Below, in pieces: positions 52,047 through 61,916 of a DNA stretch of 64,000 nt (positions are counted from its first letter, which is position 1; each line of letters begins with the position of its first letter). The position numbers and the translations under genes are program-made. The notes beneath the pieces were generated by a model that was not told the origin of the DNA, made no database searches, and was given only the letters and a program-made list of their open reading frames with translations. Location of the stretch: the IMG/VR virus record IMGVR_UViG_3300034073_003276; one strand, written 5' to 3'. This stretch comes from a virus. Its lineage: Duplodnaviria; Caudoviricetes.

Positions 52047-53159
52047 TCAGAAAGGAGCGGGAGATGCAACTTCCTCAGAAGATTGCTCAACAGGCATTTG
52101 GAAATCAGCATCCACTTTATCGTAGAGTTCAAGAAATGCTTGCTTGGTTTCGTCATCAAAACGATTGACACACACTTGGATTGCTTTTGCCTTGTCCTTG
52201 AAGATGCTATAAGCACGAATAATGTGAACAAGACGGCGGGTGCTGATGATTTCCTCAATACCACCATCGTAGAAGGTCTTGCGGATAATGTCTGCCCAAT
52301 CAACCAACCGCTTACAGAAGTCGCGGTCTTCCACACCCAAGTCCAGAGCAACCCCTTCTAGAATCTTCTGCTCAGTGGCAGGAGCAGGATAGGACTGCTC
52401 AAAGGTTACAGGGAAACGCTCAAGGAATGCCTCATTGAGCACATTGGTGCCGATGAAGCGTCCATCGTCAGAACCTTTACCCTTGGTGTTTGCAGTAGCA
52501 ATCACATTAAAACCAGCAGCAGGTTTCACCCAGCGACCAATCTTTTTCAGGAAGACACCTTTACCTTCTAGAATAGACTGAAGGCAGAGGATTTTGTTGG
52601 AAGCAAGGTCGATTTCATCCAGGAGAAGGATTGCTCCTCGCTCAAGTGCTTCGATGACGGGACCGTTATGCCATGCAGTGTTCCCATCAACAAGCCTAAA
52701 ACCACCGATAAGATCATCTTCATCAGTTTCAATAGTAATGTTTACACGAATCAATTCACGCTTAAGTTGAGCACACGCTTGCTCCACACTGAACGTTTTA
52801 CCATTACCCGAAAGACCCGTAATAAACGTAGGGTAAAAGAGATTGGACTGAATAATTTTCTTAATATCGTTGAAATTACCAAACTTGACGAAGGTATCAT
52901 CTTTTTCTGGAATAAGGTTTTGTTCCACAGCAGGGAGAGCAGCACGTGCCTGATAAGAACGCTCAATCTCTTCGACACGTTCTTGAGTCACTTCCAAGTT
53001 CCAACGACCACGAGCAGTCTTGTAACTGGCAAGTTTGTTGGTGACAGTCTGGTAGTTGGTGCTATTCATCGCACACCAAGCACGAATGTCTGCAGCAGTC
53101 ACAGAGTCGCCATACAGACTTTGGAGAGAAGTGCGGATGTAATCAGCAGAGAGGGACAT
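52047..53159 (-). CDS. cobS: MoxR/CbbQ-type AAA+ ATPase (cyanophage CobS-like)
   Basis: GLSGNGKT, LLDEID, TANTKG, AFLERF, ISTRRL. Confidence 0.92.
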   Translation of the reverse strand: MSLSADYIRTSLQSLYGDSVTAADIRAWCAMNSTNYQTVTNKLASYKTARGRWNLEVTQERVEEIERSYQARAALPAVEQNLIPEKDDTFVKFGNFNDIKKIIQSNLFYPTFITGLSGNGKTFSVEQACAQLKRELIRVNITIETDEDDLIGGFRLVDGNTAWHNGPVIEALERGAILLLDEIDLASNKILCLQSILEGKGVFLKKIGRWVKPAAGFNVIATANTKGKGSDDGRFIGTNVLNEAFLERFPVTFEQSYPAPATEQKILEGVALDLGVEDRDFCKRLVDWADIIRKTFYDGGIEEIISTRRLVHIIRAYSIFKDKAKAIQVCVNRFDDETKQAFLELYDKVDADFQMPVEQSSEEVASPAPF

Positions 53160-53194
53160 AATGAAGTTGGAGGTCGTTTCGTTTCAACAAAGTA

Positions 53195-53253
53195 ATTATA
53201 CAAGAAAAAAGGGGGCAACCAAGTGCCTCCTGTGACAGTTTTAAGACTGGACA
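53195..53253 (-). promoter_or_regulatory. palindromic box plus TATAAT
   Basis: TGTCCAGTCTTAAAACTGTCACA, 30 nt, then TATAAT. Confidence 0.65.
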
Positions 53254-53432
53254 TGCTGATTTCGCAACTCATTCAAATAATCCTCACTCGCAATATGAGG
53301 AGTGTATCCAGGATAAAATTGCTTAACAATAGAACTAATACCCATCGCAGTAATCGCACTATCACACTTTACCCAGACTTCTTTAGTATCGTATTTAACG
53401 ACGTGTTCAAATGGAAATTTAGTCTTCTTCAT
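53241..53432 (-). CDS. hypothetical protein
   Basis: start likely MKKTKFP. Confidence 0.65.
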   Translation of the reverse strand: MKKTKFPFEHVVKYDTKEVWVKCDSAITAMGISSIVKQFYPGYTPHIASEDYLNELRNQHVQS

Positions 53433-53976
53433 AAGTAAATGTTTTGTTTTTGACTTTTGTATCAAACTCACCAGTTCTTCCTGGTTTCATTTTACCAACT
53501 CCAACATTCTTTCCTTTACCAGGCCAAGATGTTTTTGAAGTTCCTTTAAGTGTAGCAGACCCTTTTGGTTTACGTTGAATCAATACAGAATCTTGGTCGT
53601 CTTTGGATGAACCCTTTACATTACGCTTGTGCTTTAATCCACCTTCGGTTCCAAGTTTCTCTACTGTCTTCTTAAACTTCCTCTTACCCATTTTACCAGA
53701 AGAAACTACGTGAGATTTTTCACCCACTTTTTTCTCTTCTGGAGTTCCTGGGTTTTCAGTGTAACGTCCAGATACTTTAGTAGGTCCTGGAAGACCAGCA
53801 CCTCTAATTCTTCTTTCGGTTCTTGCAGACCTTTCCTTGTTTTCTTTTTTAGATTTGTCCCCCCTTTGACCTGAAAGAATCGCTATTCCACCCTTTTCAG
53901 ACTTTCTCATTACACGAGTAAGAGAAGTCTCTTGGATAGAATAACATTCTATCATAAATTCTTGAAAAGTCTTCAT
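53419..53976 (-). CDS. basic late protein with T4 capsid-targeting-like N-terminus
   Basis: MKTFQEFMIE; late promoter TAAATA at 53997-54002. Confidence 0.75.
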   Translation of the reverse strand: MKTFQEFMIECYSIQETSLTRVMRKSEKGGIAILSGQRGDKSKKENKERSARTERRIRGAGLPGPTKVSGRYTENPGTPEEKKVGEKSHVVSSGKMGKRKFKKTVEKLGTEGGLKHKRNVKGSSKDDQDSVLIQRKPKGSATLKGTSKTSWPGKGKNVGVGKMKPGRTGEFDTKVKNKTFTYEED

Positions 53977-54003
53977 TTTTACAGACACTTTTTGAATATT
54001 TAG

Positions 54004-56160
54004 TTATGCAACCAACTCCACAAACTCACCAAGAATCTTTTTATTCATCTTCTTAGTTTTGAGACTTTTCACAAAAGCAGATTTGATTTGTGCCTTTGTG
54101 GCATCATCCGCAACCTCAAATTCAGATTCCTGAGAAAGAGTTGCTGAAGAAAGACCAAAGTAAGAATGATATCCAGAAGACTTGATAGTAAATGCCTTTT
54201 CTTTCTTCCAGGAATTCATTACCTTATCATACTCAGTGCCATAATATCCGCAGTATTGACGAATAAAAGCACCAGCATCACGGGATTGGAGCACACGAAT
54301 ACCAATAAAATTAATGTCGGTAAACCTGTCCCTCAGATTGCGAAGAAGAATATTGGTGAAATCATGATACTCACAATCGCAAGAATAGGTCATTCCAGTC
54401 TTACGGTCACGGATAAAAGCATTCGGTCCAATATGTGCCGTTCCCAGATAAGGTTCTTCCTCCCACCGACGTTGGACTTCACGATGATACTTGAGAAGGC
54501 ATCCTTCACCATCGGTCAAAATTACACACTGGACTTTCTGGAGTTTGTTTTCTTTCTGGAATTTAGGAAGAATTTGATGTAGAGCAATCAGAGACTCATT
54601 CAAAGGCGTGCCAGAAAGACTCATACCTACAGGAGCAGCATAATAACAGTGAGAGTTGTAACGGAAAGAAGCAGCAAGACGGAAGATATTCCTCATCTGC
54701 TCATCCAGAGTCTTACCATTCACTTTGCTGGTAAGAAGATTCATCAGAGAAAACCATTCACCAACTTGTACAAGACCATTCTTCTTTTTGTAAGCAAGTT
54801 CACGATAACTTGCCTTGCCTTGCTCATCATACCTCACCAAAGGATAATCAGTCGTGAAAGCATAAACCTCAAAGGGAATATTGACTTTCTTACAAAACCA
54901 GACAAGGTTGAAGAGTTGCTTGACAGTATCCAACATCACATCAGACATTGACCCAGACCAGTCAAGAATAAACACCAGACCGTGATTCTTACCATCGGCA
55001 AGGGTGGTTACCTTCTTGAAAATATCTTCATTGTATTTGTAGGTATGAAGTTTGGAGCAATCCAATACACCAGTGCGGGAAGTTGTGGCACGAGCATAGG
55101 AATCTGCTGCCTTGCGACACTCAAACTCTTTCACAAGATAGTTGACTTCCTTTTGTGCCGACCGTTTGAATTCTACAAACTCCTTATCAACTTGACCAAA
55201 GATATTTTCGTAAGAATATTCCCTCTCCTCAAGAAAACTATCCCAAGAATTCTTACAATTATCGTGAATTTCTTGGTTAGGGACAATGACTTTATCCAAT
55301 TCAAGTTTAGGCAATTCAAGATAGACATTCTCATATCCATCATTATTGACAAGTTCTTTCAGTGCCTCTTCCAGAGACTCCATTGTCTTGACTTCAGGTT
55401 CTTCATCTTTTTCACCACCCCCATTTGAGGGTTGCTGTTGAGGTTTCTGCTGAGGATTTTCCTCAGAAGAGGGAGCACCTTCAGACCCTTCAGATTCAGG
55501 TTGGTCGTTTTCACCTTCCTGCTGGTCGATAAAATCAGAGGCAGGTTGCTGACTCGCACCACTGTCCTGCGACTCCAGATTATCCAGAGAAATCTTGGTT
55601 TCTTCCTGCTGCTTTTGCTTACAATACTTATACAGTGCTTCTGCTGCCACCAGCACATCAGCAAAGGTCTCAGTATCAGCAATCAGATTGATGATTTCAG
55701 TCTCTTCACCACGCTCAATGGGAATATCAATATAGTTTCCAATCTTGAACCAGAGGTTAGCACGGTCGGCAAGATTATAGGTTTCGATTTTGTCATCTTT
55801 GATTTGAAAGAAGTCATCATCAGCAAGTTCTTTATATCCATTGAAGAAAGTCTTTGCCAGACCAGCATAACGACGTTTCATCAGTTTCTCAATGCGAGCA
55901 TCCTCAACCACATTCACAAACTGTGGAGGAATCTTGTGCTCCTTCAACCAATCCTCATCGGGCGTTTCCAATGCGTGTCCGCACTCGTGGGCGACAAGAA
56001 GGTCATACACAGTGTTGCTTGCCTTTTCCCACATTGGAAGAGTCAGCACACGAGTGTGGACATTGAAGCAAGCAGTCTCTACTTTCTTATGCTCTACCAC
56101 CAAATCCTCAGTGGCAAGCAGTTTAGCAAGTTGAGATTTGATTTCGTGGCGGACGGTCAT
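54004..56160 (-). CDS. VWA-domain protein with N-terminal HExxH (CobT-like partner of the AAA ATPase)
   Basis: VAHECGHA; MIDAS DWSGSM; SGTPL; ILTDGE. Confidence 0.88.
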   Translation of the reverse strand: MTVRHEIKSQLAKLLATEDLVVEHKKVETACFNVHTRVLTLPMWEKASNTVYDLLVAHECGHALETPDEDWLKEHKIPPQFVNVVEDARIEKLMKRRYAGLAKTFFNGYKELADDDFFQIKDDKIETYNLADRANLWFKIGNYIDIPIERGEETEIINLIADTETFADVLVAAEALYKYCKQKQQEETKISLDNLESQDSGASQQPASDFIDQQEGENDQPESEGSEGAPSSEENPQQKPQQQPSNGGGEKDEEPEVKTMESLEEALKELVNNDGYENVYLELPKLELDKVIVPNQEIHDNCKNSWDSFLEEREYSYENIFGQVDKEFVEFKRSAQKEVNYLVKEFECRKAADSYARATTSRTGVLDCSKLHTYKYNEDIFKKVTTLADGKNHGLVFILDWSGSMSDVMLDTVKQLFNLVWFCKKVNIPFEVYAFTTDYPLVRYDEQGKASYRELAYKKKNGLVQVGEWFSLMNLLTSKVNGKTLDEQMRNIFRLAASFRYNSHCYYAAPVGMSLSGTPLNESLIALHQILPKFQKENKLQKVQCVILTDGEGCLLKYHREVQRRWEEEPYLGTAHIGPNAFIRDRKTGMTYSCDCEYHDFTNILLRNLRDRFTDINFIGIRVLQSRDAGAFIRQYCGYYGTEYDKVMNSWKKEKAFTIKSSGYHSYFGLSSATLSQESEFEVADDATKAQIKSAFVKSLKTKKMNKKILGEFVELVA

Positions 56161-56181
56161 AGATTTGTTTCAGATGCCCTT

Positions 56182-56237
56182 ATTATACAAAAAAAGGAGG
56201 TCTTGCGACCTCCCAGTGGACAGTTTGGAAAGTGGAC
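56182..56237 (-). promoter_or_regulatory. palindromic box plus hairpin plus TATAAT
   Basis: GTCCACTTTCCAAACTGTCCAC, 28 nt, then TATAAT. Confidence 0.65.
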
Positions 56238-57011
56238 TCAGGCACCTTTTACCTGAGAAGATGCTCCAGATCCACCTTTCTTTTCTTGCTCAATTTTTTC
56301 TCTTTCTTGCTGACGGACTTTTTCAGTCTGTCTTCTTTGAAGTTCTGCACCAGCCATATTAGCACCGAAAGAACCATATGCTTCAACAATATTCTGCTTC
56401 CACTCTTCACTCATATTTGCCATAATAGCAAGTGCTGCTTGATTGGTGTCAGCATAACCTTCGGCAACTAGGTGCTCTAGAATAACATCAAAAATATCAA
56501 CTTCTTCCTTGCGAAGTTTTGCTAATACTGCACCAGCAACTTTCTTACCACGCTCCTCTGACCCATAACGCTCACCTGCTTCTTTAGCAATTTTGGAAAA
56601 CATCTTTCCAGGTTTTCCAATGTCCTCACCTGCTCTTGCTTTCTTAGCAGAGTAAGAAACTTCTTCTTTCATTTTCTTTTCTTCTGGACTAGAACCAAAA
56701 GTGCTATGGACCAGTTTATCTAACTTTGTATGAAACTTTTCTTCTTTCTTTTTAGGAACTCCACCATTCTTTGCTTCTTCAGCAAGTTTTAACTCATTTG
56801 GAGCATACTTAACTTTCTTACCGTCTTCACGCTTCACAGTATAATACTTCTCATCTTCCTTACCATCAGGTTTGTCAAGTTTAACAACCTCACCTTCCAT
56901 TCCACTCTTCTTACAAACAACTTCATCACCAACTTTAAAGTGTGATTCGGAAAGATTAGCATAAATGGAAGAATATGCTTCCATTAATCCTACAATTTCT
57001 TGATTTCTCAT
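56238..57011 (-). CDS. charged late protein with an SH3-like segment and an LExL..GYADT module
   Basis: LMEAY N-terminus; FKVGDEVVC; ILEHLVAEGYADT..A..IMANMSEEW; late promoter at 57032. Confidence 0.75.
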   Translation of the reverse strand: MRNQEIVGLMEAYSSIYANLSESHFKVGDEVVCKKSGMEGEVVKLDKPDGKEDEKYYTVKREDGKKVKYAPNELKLAEEAKNGGVPKKKEEKFHTKLDKLVHSTFGSSPEEKKMKEEVSYSAKKARAGEDIGKPGKMFSKIAKEAGERYGSEERGKKVAGAVLAKLRKEEVDIFDVILEHLVAEGYADTNQAALAIMANMSEEWKQNIVEAYGSFGANMAGAELQRRQTEKVRQQEREKIEQEKKGGSGASSQVKGA

Positions 57012-57034
57012 TTTTTATAAGACTTTTTAGGTAT

Positions 57035-57172
57035 TTATAAAAAAGAAGCGTCCCCGCTTTGGAGACGCTTCTTGAGTGCTTGGCGGCGTGCCTTTGCTTG
57101 TCGGAGTGCTTGCGGTTTCAATTTCCGCTTCTGCTCCTTCTTAGAGTGGTGCTGCCAGTTTGGAAGTTTCAT
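57035..57172 (-). CDS. 45 aa basic peptide (MKLPNWQHHSKKEQKRKLKP...)
   Basis: translated by hand; TAATG coupling to gp46. Confidence 0.6.
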   Translation of the reverse strand: MKLPNWQHHSKKEQKRKLKPQALRQAKARRQALKKRLQSGDASFL

Positions 57173-58899
57173 TAGTCTTGTGCTTGTGAGGACATCATAC
57201 GGGAAAAACCCTTGACTTTCTCAAAACGGAGGACACTTTCAAATTTGTCATGTAGCTCTGCCTTATGAGAGATGACGAATATATTAGCATCCTTAATGAC
57301 ATAACGAATAATCTTCAAAAACTCATCGGTGCCGAAACCATCAAGTGAGGAATCAAATACCTCATCCATAATCAGCAGATTAGTATTCACAGAGTTTTTG
57401 ACTCTTGCTACTTCTCTCCAGGTAAAGAGTAGTGCTAGGTCGATTCTCATTTTCTCACCTTCACTGAAGGAACTATACGAAAAGTCTTCGTGAATGGGAG
57501 ATTTCACCGTTTCATTAAACTCTTCATCAAGATGGAAATTAATATAAAAATCCATCATCTGAAGATAACGATTGACCTGCTGATTTATGAAGGGAAGATA
57601 CTTTTTAATAATCTTCGTTTTTACACCATCATCCTTGAGTAAGGAATAGGCGAAATCGTAATAAACGATTTCTTCTTTTTTCTTTGAGAGGTCTTCGAAT
57701 GTTTTTTGGAGATTTTCTTTAAATTCTTCTAGTTTCTCATGTTCAGTATTTCTGTTTTTAAGTTGCTCGGTAATTGTTTGAATTTCAGTTTCAAGATCTC
57801 GGATTTGTCGCTGGTTAAGTGATATCCGAGTATTGTTTTGAGAAATCTCATGGTTGAGTTTTGTAATCTCCTTAGATAGAGCAATAAATTGACGCTCTCG
57901 TTCTTGTTCTATCTTTATGGTCTCTTCCAGGTCTTCATAACCCTTCTTGAGTTCCTTTGCTTTATTTTGAGCGTCTGTAATTCTATTTAACCGAAATTCT
58001 TCCTCAATAGTCTGAGTACAAGTGGGGCATACCGTATTCTCAGTGAAAAACTTATGCTCTTTCGTAATGACAGATACTTTCTGGGAAATTTTACCTCTTA
58101 GATTGTTTAGTTTTACTAACTTTTCACCAGCACCAACAACTTCTTCCTGCTCCTTTGTATATTGAATAATGCCTTCCTCGGTCTTAGCATTTTCAATCAT
58201 ATAAATGCCAACTTCTTTGTCTAGATTGGCAATCTTTTCTTTATTGGCATTTATATTGGCATTTCCACGATTCTCAAGTTCTTCGATGAAGTTTTGCTGC
58301 ATCTTCATCTTCTCTTTCAAATTCTCTTTACGCAACTCAAGAGATTTCACTTGATCTTTCTGTGTGCGAATTCTATCCTTGATGAGATTATTCATCGCAG
58401 AGAAAATACGAATATCAAGCAAATCTTCAATTACCTCACGACGATGTGCCGTTGGGAGTTGCATAAAGGGCACAAAGGTGCTACTACCCAAAATTACAAT
58501 CTGAGTAAAAGACTTATAATTTACTTTGAGAATATTTTCTTCCAGAATTTTTTGATTTGCGCGGTCATCTGCTTCCTTATGGAGTGATTGACCATTTACT
58601 TCAATGTCAAAAACATTTGGTTTAATTCCACGGCGGACAAGATAATCTCTACTATTCGTCGAGAATTCAATTTCAACTAAACAATCTTTTTCATTTGCAG
58701 TATTGACTAGTTGTGGTTTATTGATTTTACGAAATGGTTTGTTGAAAAGAACAAAAGTAAGTGCATCTAGGATAGTAGATTTACCTGCACCATTCGTCCC
58801 AATAATCAGATTTGTATTGTGCTTCTCAAAATCAACCTCAGTCCACTGATTACCAGTAGAGAGGAAGTTTTTCCATTTAATCTTGTGAAATACTAGCAT
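57172..58899 (-). CDS. 46: recombination endonuclease ATPase subunit (gp46, SbcC-like)
   Basis: GTNGAGKST, CPTC hook, FSEGEKMRIDLAL, MDEVFDS. Confidence 0.97.
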   Translation of the reverse strand: MLVFHKIKWKNFLSTGNQWTEVDFEKHNTNLIIGTNGAGKSTILDALTFVLFNKPFRKINKPQLVNTANEKDCLVEIEFSTNSRDYLVRRGIKPNVFDIEVNGQSLHKEADDRANQKILEENILKVNYKSFTQIVILGSSTFVPFMQLPTAHRREVIEDLLDIRIFSAMNNLIKDRIRTQKDQVKSLELRKENLKEKMKMQQNFIEELENRGNANINANKEKIANLDKEVGIYMIENAKTEEGIIQYTKEQEEVVGAGEKLVKLNNLRGKISQKVSVITKEHKFFTENTVCPTCTQTIEEEFRLNRITDAQNKAKELKKGYEDLEETIKIEQERERQFIALSKEITKLNHEISQNNTRISLNQRQIRDLETEIQTITEQLKNRNTEHEKLEEFKENLQKTFEDLSKKKEEIVYYDFAYSLLKDDGVKTKIIKKYLPFINQQVNRYLQMMDFYINFHLDEEFNETVKSPIHEDFSYSSFSEGEKMRIDLALLFTWREVARVKNSVNTNLLIMDEVFDSSLDGFGTDEFLKIIRYVIKDANIFVISHKAELHDKFESVLRFEKVKGFSRMMSSQAQD

Positions 58900-59152
58900 T
58901 TTTAGGAGGAATTACAATATCGTCAGGAGTGATCACAGCATACTTGTAATTATAGAGCTTACAAGTCTTTATGGCAAGGTCGTCGTCAACTTCAACAACA
59001 TCCATTTCTTGGTCTTCTTGGTCTTCAAGCATCAAAGCATATCGAGTAGCATCATCTTCTTCTTCAAAGAGAAATAAAACTTTATGTCCGTATTGGTCTT
59101 GGACGGCATAAGCACCATCGTCTTTTCTATCTTTGAGAGTGAGAAGAAACAT
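58877..59152 (-). CDS. hypothetical protein (DUF3110-like)
   Basis: GAYAV, FEEEDDATRYA. Confidence 0.7.
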   Translation of the reverse strand: MFLLTLKDRKDDGAYAVQDQYGHKVLFLFEEEDDATRYALMLEDQEDQEMDVVEVDDDLAIKTCKLYNYKYAVITPDDIVIPPKNASISQD

Positions 59153-60193
59153 TTACTCTACCTCGCAAGCTTGTCGATAAAGATCTTGAAAAATACCTTT
59201 GATAATGTTTTTATCAAATTCAAACTCTGCTTCGTCAATATAACGATTTAGAATTGACATTGTATTTTCTTCTTCATCAATCTCAAAATCTTCGTTTTCC
59301 TGAATATCAAAGTTTTCTACAATCTTGAGATCTTGGATTCCTGCCGTGTAAAGTTTGTCGATAAACTTCTCAAAATCTTTTTGTTTAGATTTTTTACGAA
59401 CAATTACTTTGACAATCTTGTTTTCATATTCGGTAGTGTCGAATAGTTGGTAAGGAGTATCCTCATAATAAATGTTATAGAATAATTTATAAGGATTGTT
59501 GATTGGAGTGTGCTCTAATGTTTCCGTATCAAAAATATGGAAACCACGAGTATCATTCACATCAGTCCAATACATCTCATAAGGATTGCCTAGGTAGAAG
59601 ACTTTTCCGTTATTCGATCGAGTGTGATAGTGTCCCGAGTAGACCCTATCGAACTTCTCAAATAGTTTGCTCTCCAAACCGTGCTCCATGATGAGTTGTC
59701 GATTAACTCTAAATCCTTGGAGCTCAAGATGCCCCATCGCACATTTGCTAGTCGTCTTTTCAATAATTTTAAGAGTTTTTGCTTCATTTTCTTGATTAAT
59801 CCACGGTAAAAATAAAATCTTCAATCCACCAATATTAACTTCAGTCGGGTCACTATAAGTCTTTATATTAGAATACGTCTGAAGGAGAAGTCCTGGAGAA
59901 TTTACACTATTGGTATTCTTAAAATATACATCATGGTTTCCTGTCACCAAATGTATAGTTATTCCCATCTCAGCAGCAGGGTCAAACACAACCCTTTTAG
60001 ACCACTCTAATGCTTTAAAATCTATAGATTTTCTATTATCAAAACAATCTCCCATATGAATAATTGTTTTGATATTCTTTTCCTTTAAAGTTGGAAAGAA
60101 TACATTTTTATAAAATAATTCAAAATAATCGTGAAGATGTTGAGAAGTCTTTTTTGCACCGTAATGTGTATCACAAATTAAACCCACCTTCAC
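59153..60193 (-). CDS. 47: recombination endonuclease subunit (gp47, SbcD-like)
   Basis: DTHYG, HMGD, GNHD, GHLE, SGHYH; GTG start overlapping the HNH stop. Confidence 0.96.
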   Translation of the reverse strand: MKVGLICDTHYGAKKTSQHLHDYFELFYKNVFFPTLKEKNIKTIIHMGDCFDNRKSIDFKALEWSKRVVFDPAAEMGITIHLVTGNHDVYFKNTNSVNSPGLLLQTYSNIKTYSDPTEVNIGGLKILFLPWINQENEAKTLKIIEKTTSKCAMGHLELQGFRVNRQLIMEHGLESKLFEKFDRVYSGHYHTRSNNGKVFYLGNPYEMYWTDVNDTRGFHIFDTETLEHTPINNPYKLFYNIYYEDTPYQLFDTTEYENKIVKVIVRKKSKQKDFEKFIDKLYTAGIQDLKIVENFDIQENEDFEIDEEENTMSILNRYIDEAEFEFDKNIIKGIFQDLYRQACEVE

Positions 60194-60825
60194 TTTTGTT
60201 GTCTCCTACTATTTTCTTTTGCGGTTTTCATAAGATGCTCTTCGCGTGTAATAATTTGAAGATTGTTGGGATGATGCAACCCACCCTCAAATAAGGGAAT
60301 AATGTGATCTACATCATACTGCATACCAGTAGTAAAAGTCAAGTGTTGTGCTTGCTGATATATGTCCTGAATTTGACGAAGTTCTTCTTCAGTAATTTCT
60401 ATCGGTATTCCTTGTTTTAATCTAGCAAATCTTCTTCTTTGTTTTTCATAATTTACTGCTTTTCCTCTTTCACTTTTAGAATATTTTCTTTTAATTGAAT
60501 TTACTAACTCTCTATTATCCTCATAATATTTTTGTTTCTTTTCTTTTGTTCTATAAGAAGACATCAACTCTTTATTGTTAAGTTTTTCCAATCCCTTTGA
60601 TATAGCACAAGGGACACAGTTATAACTACTCACATATTTTTCATAACTACCACAATGTTTACAAGCAGTAGAACCGATATAAGTTTTTTTACCTTCCTCA
60701 ATTGCTTTCTCCCGAGCAGCACTTTTTTGAGTATACCCTTTTAATTTTGCCCTTTCTTTATTTTTCAATAGATTTTCCGCCATTATTTTTTTTCGTTCTT
60801 CTGGCGTGTATTTTGGTTTAGTCAT
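60190..60825 (-). CDS. HNH homing endonuclease with zinc finger
   Basis: CKHCG..CVPC; VDHIIPLFEGGLHHPNNLQII; late promoter at 60854-60861. Confidence 0.9.
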   Translation of the reverse strand: MTKPKYTPEERKKIMAENLLKNKERAKLKGYTQKSAAREKAIEEGKKTYIGSTACKHCGSYEKYVSSYNCVPCAISKGLEKLNNKELMSSYRTKEKKQKYYEDNRELVNSIKRKYSKSERGKAVNYEKQRRRFARLKQGIPIEITEEELRQIQDIYQQAQHLTFTTGMQYDVDHIIPLFEGGLHHPNNLQIITREEHLMKTAKENSRRQQK

Positions 60826-60882
60826 ATCTATTTCTAACTCCAAAGTATAAAATTATTTATAACATTTAGGAGTTAGAAAAGG

Positions 60883-61398
60883 TCACTTATTTCTATATTG
60901 AATAGCATCTTTAATACTGTTGTATTCACTACTATGCCCAGAAAGCAAGCTGTCGTCAACCATCATAACCTCATCAAACCCTGTGCGTTCGATAATCTTG
61001 GTCTTGATATCGAGTTGCTTCTTTTCCTTTTGAATTCTTCTCAAGAATGCGTAGTGAATAATTTGAGTAAAATATGCGAAAGGATTCTTTGACTTTTCAG
61101 GGTCAAAGTTATGAATATATTGAACGCAGTTTTCAATGCCATCAGAAATCATATCCTCACGAAACATATAATTCACAAAGTTTGGTTTATATGAAAGGTG
61201 AGTAGCAATCTTCAGAAAACATTCTCCAAGATAATTCGGAATGGGTGGTTTACCTTCCCAATGCTTGCCTCTATCTTCTTTAGTGGGGTTTCTATCGAAC
61301 TTCTCATTGAATGACTTTTCGACCTTGGATCGATACACAATCATTGCTTCTAGAAGTTCTTTGTTGTTTACATAGTGTTCTGTCTTTTTCTTAGGCAT
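60883..61398 (-). CDS. 55: late-transcription sigma factor (gp55)
   Basis: HYVNNKEL, KIATHLSYKPNF, DGIENC, NPFAYFTQI. Confidence 0.96.
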   Translation of the reverse strand: MPKKKTEHYVNNKELLEAMIVYRSKVEKSFNEKFDRNPTKEDRGKHWEGKPPIPNYLGECFLKIATHLSYKPNFVNYMFREDMISDGIENCVQYIHNFDPEKSKNPFAYFTQIIHYAFLRRIQKEKKQLDIKTKIIERTGFDEVMMVDDSLLSGHSSEYNSIKDAIQYRNK

Positions 61399-61430
61399 AG
61401 CATTGGACTTATATAATATAGGTTATGCTT

Positions 61431-61459
61431 ATTATACCATAACCTATGGGGCTTGACAA
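61431..61459 (-). promoter_or_regulatory. sigma70-type promoter for gp55
   Basis: TTGTCA-17-TATAAT; -35 overlaps the opposite-strand TTGACA. Confidence 0.7.
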
Positions 61460-61500
61460 GTTATAATATTGTGTGTAGACTACCTTTGTCCCGGTTGAAG
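61453..61500 (+). repeat. promoter-linked 25-nt element, copy 2
   Basis: TTGACA-17-TAGACTACCTTTGTCCCGGTTGAAG, identical to 23922-23946 on the - strand. Confidence 0.9.
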
Positions 61501-61508
61501 ATAAGGAT

Positions 61509-61916
61509 CTAGACTTCTTTAATACCTTTAAAGATTCTTTCAAGGCTCTTGCGAGCATCTTCAACTGAGGATAGATATCCCATCTTAGGAGAGGGTTTTA
61601 CTTGACCTGAAGGACTATAAACATCAATAGTATCATCATCTTGAATATAGTTGTTGTAAATATCAATTATTTTATTATCTTTAGTCTCAGTCATTGTAAT
61701 AATCTTATCAAGTTTTACAATAAAGAAATCATCATCAGACAATTCCATCCAAGGTTTAACTTTTAAATATGTTCCTTGTTGATTATTAAAAGACTTCATT
61801 GTCACTGGATTTTGAAGCACTAAGACAGGATCTCCATCATTATCATCAATTAAGACTAACGATAGAATCTCTTCACCTGATACTAATTTTATAATTGCGT
61901 AAAACTCTTCTCCCAT
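61509..61916 (-). CDS. Sm-like conserved hypothetical protein
   Basis: IIKLVSGEEIL, KPWM. Confidence 0.75.
   Translation of the reverse strand: MGEEFYAIIKLVSGEEILSLVLIDDNDGDPVLVLQNPVTMKSFNNQQGTYLKVKPWMELSDDDFFIVKLDKIITMTETKDNKIIDIYNNYIQDDDTIDVYSPSGQVKPSPKMGYLSSVEDARKSLERIFKGIKEV

Noticed and set aside
52013-52351. N-terminal extension of ORF 51599..52351
   Set aside because: It overlaps the AAA ATPase in another frame; family similarity begins only after 52012.
55432-56256. Long + strand ORFs opposite core genes (also 26514..27131, 51063..51641, 52668..53195, 49654..50076)
   Set aside because: Same-register antisense shadows of highly biased genes; the translations have no recognisable features.
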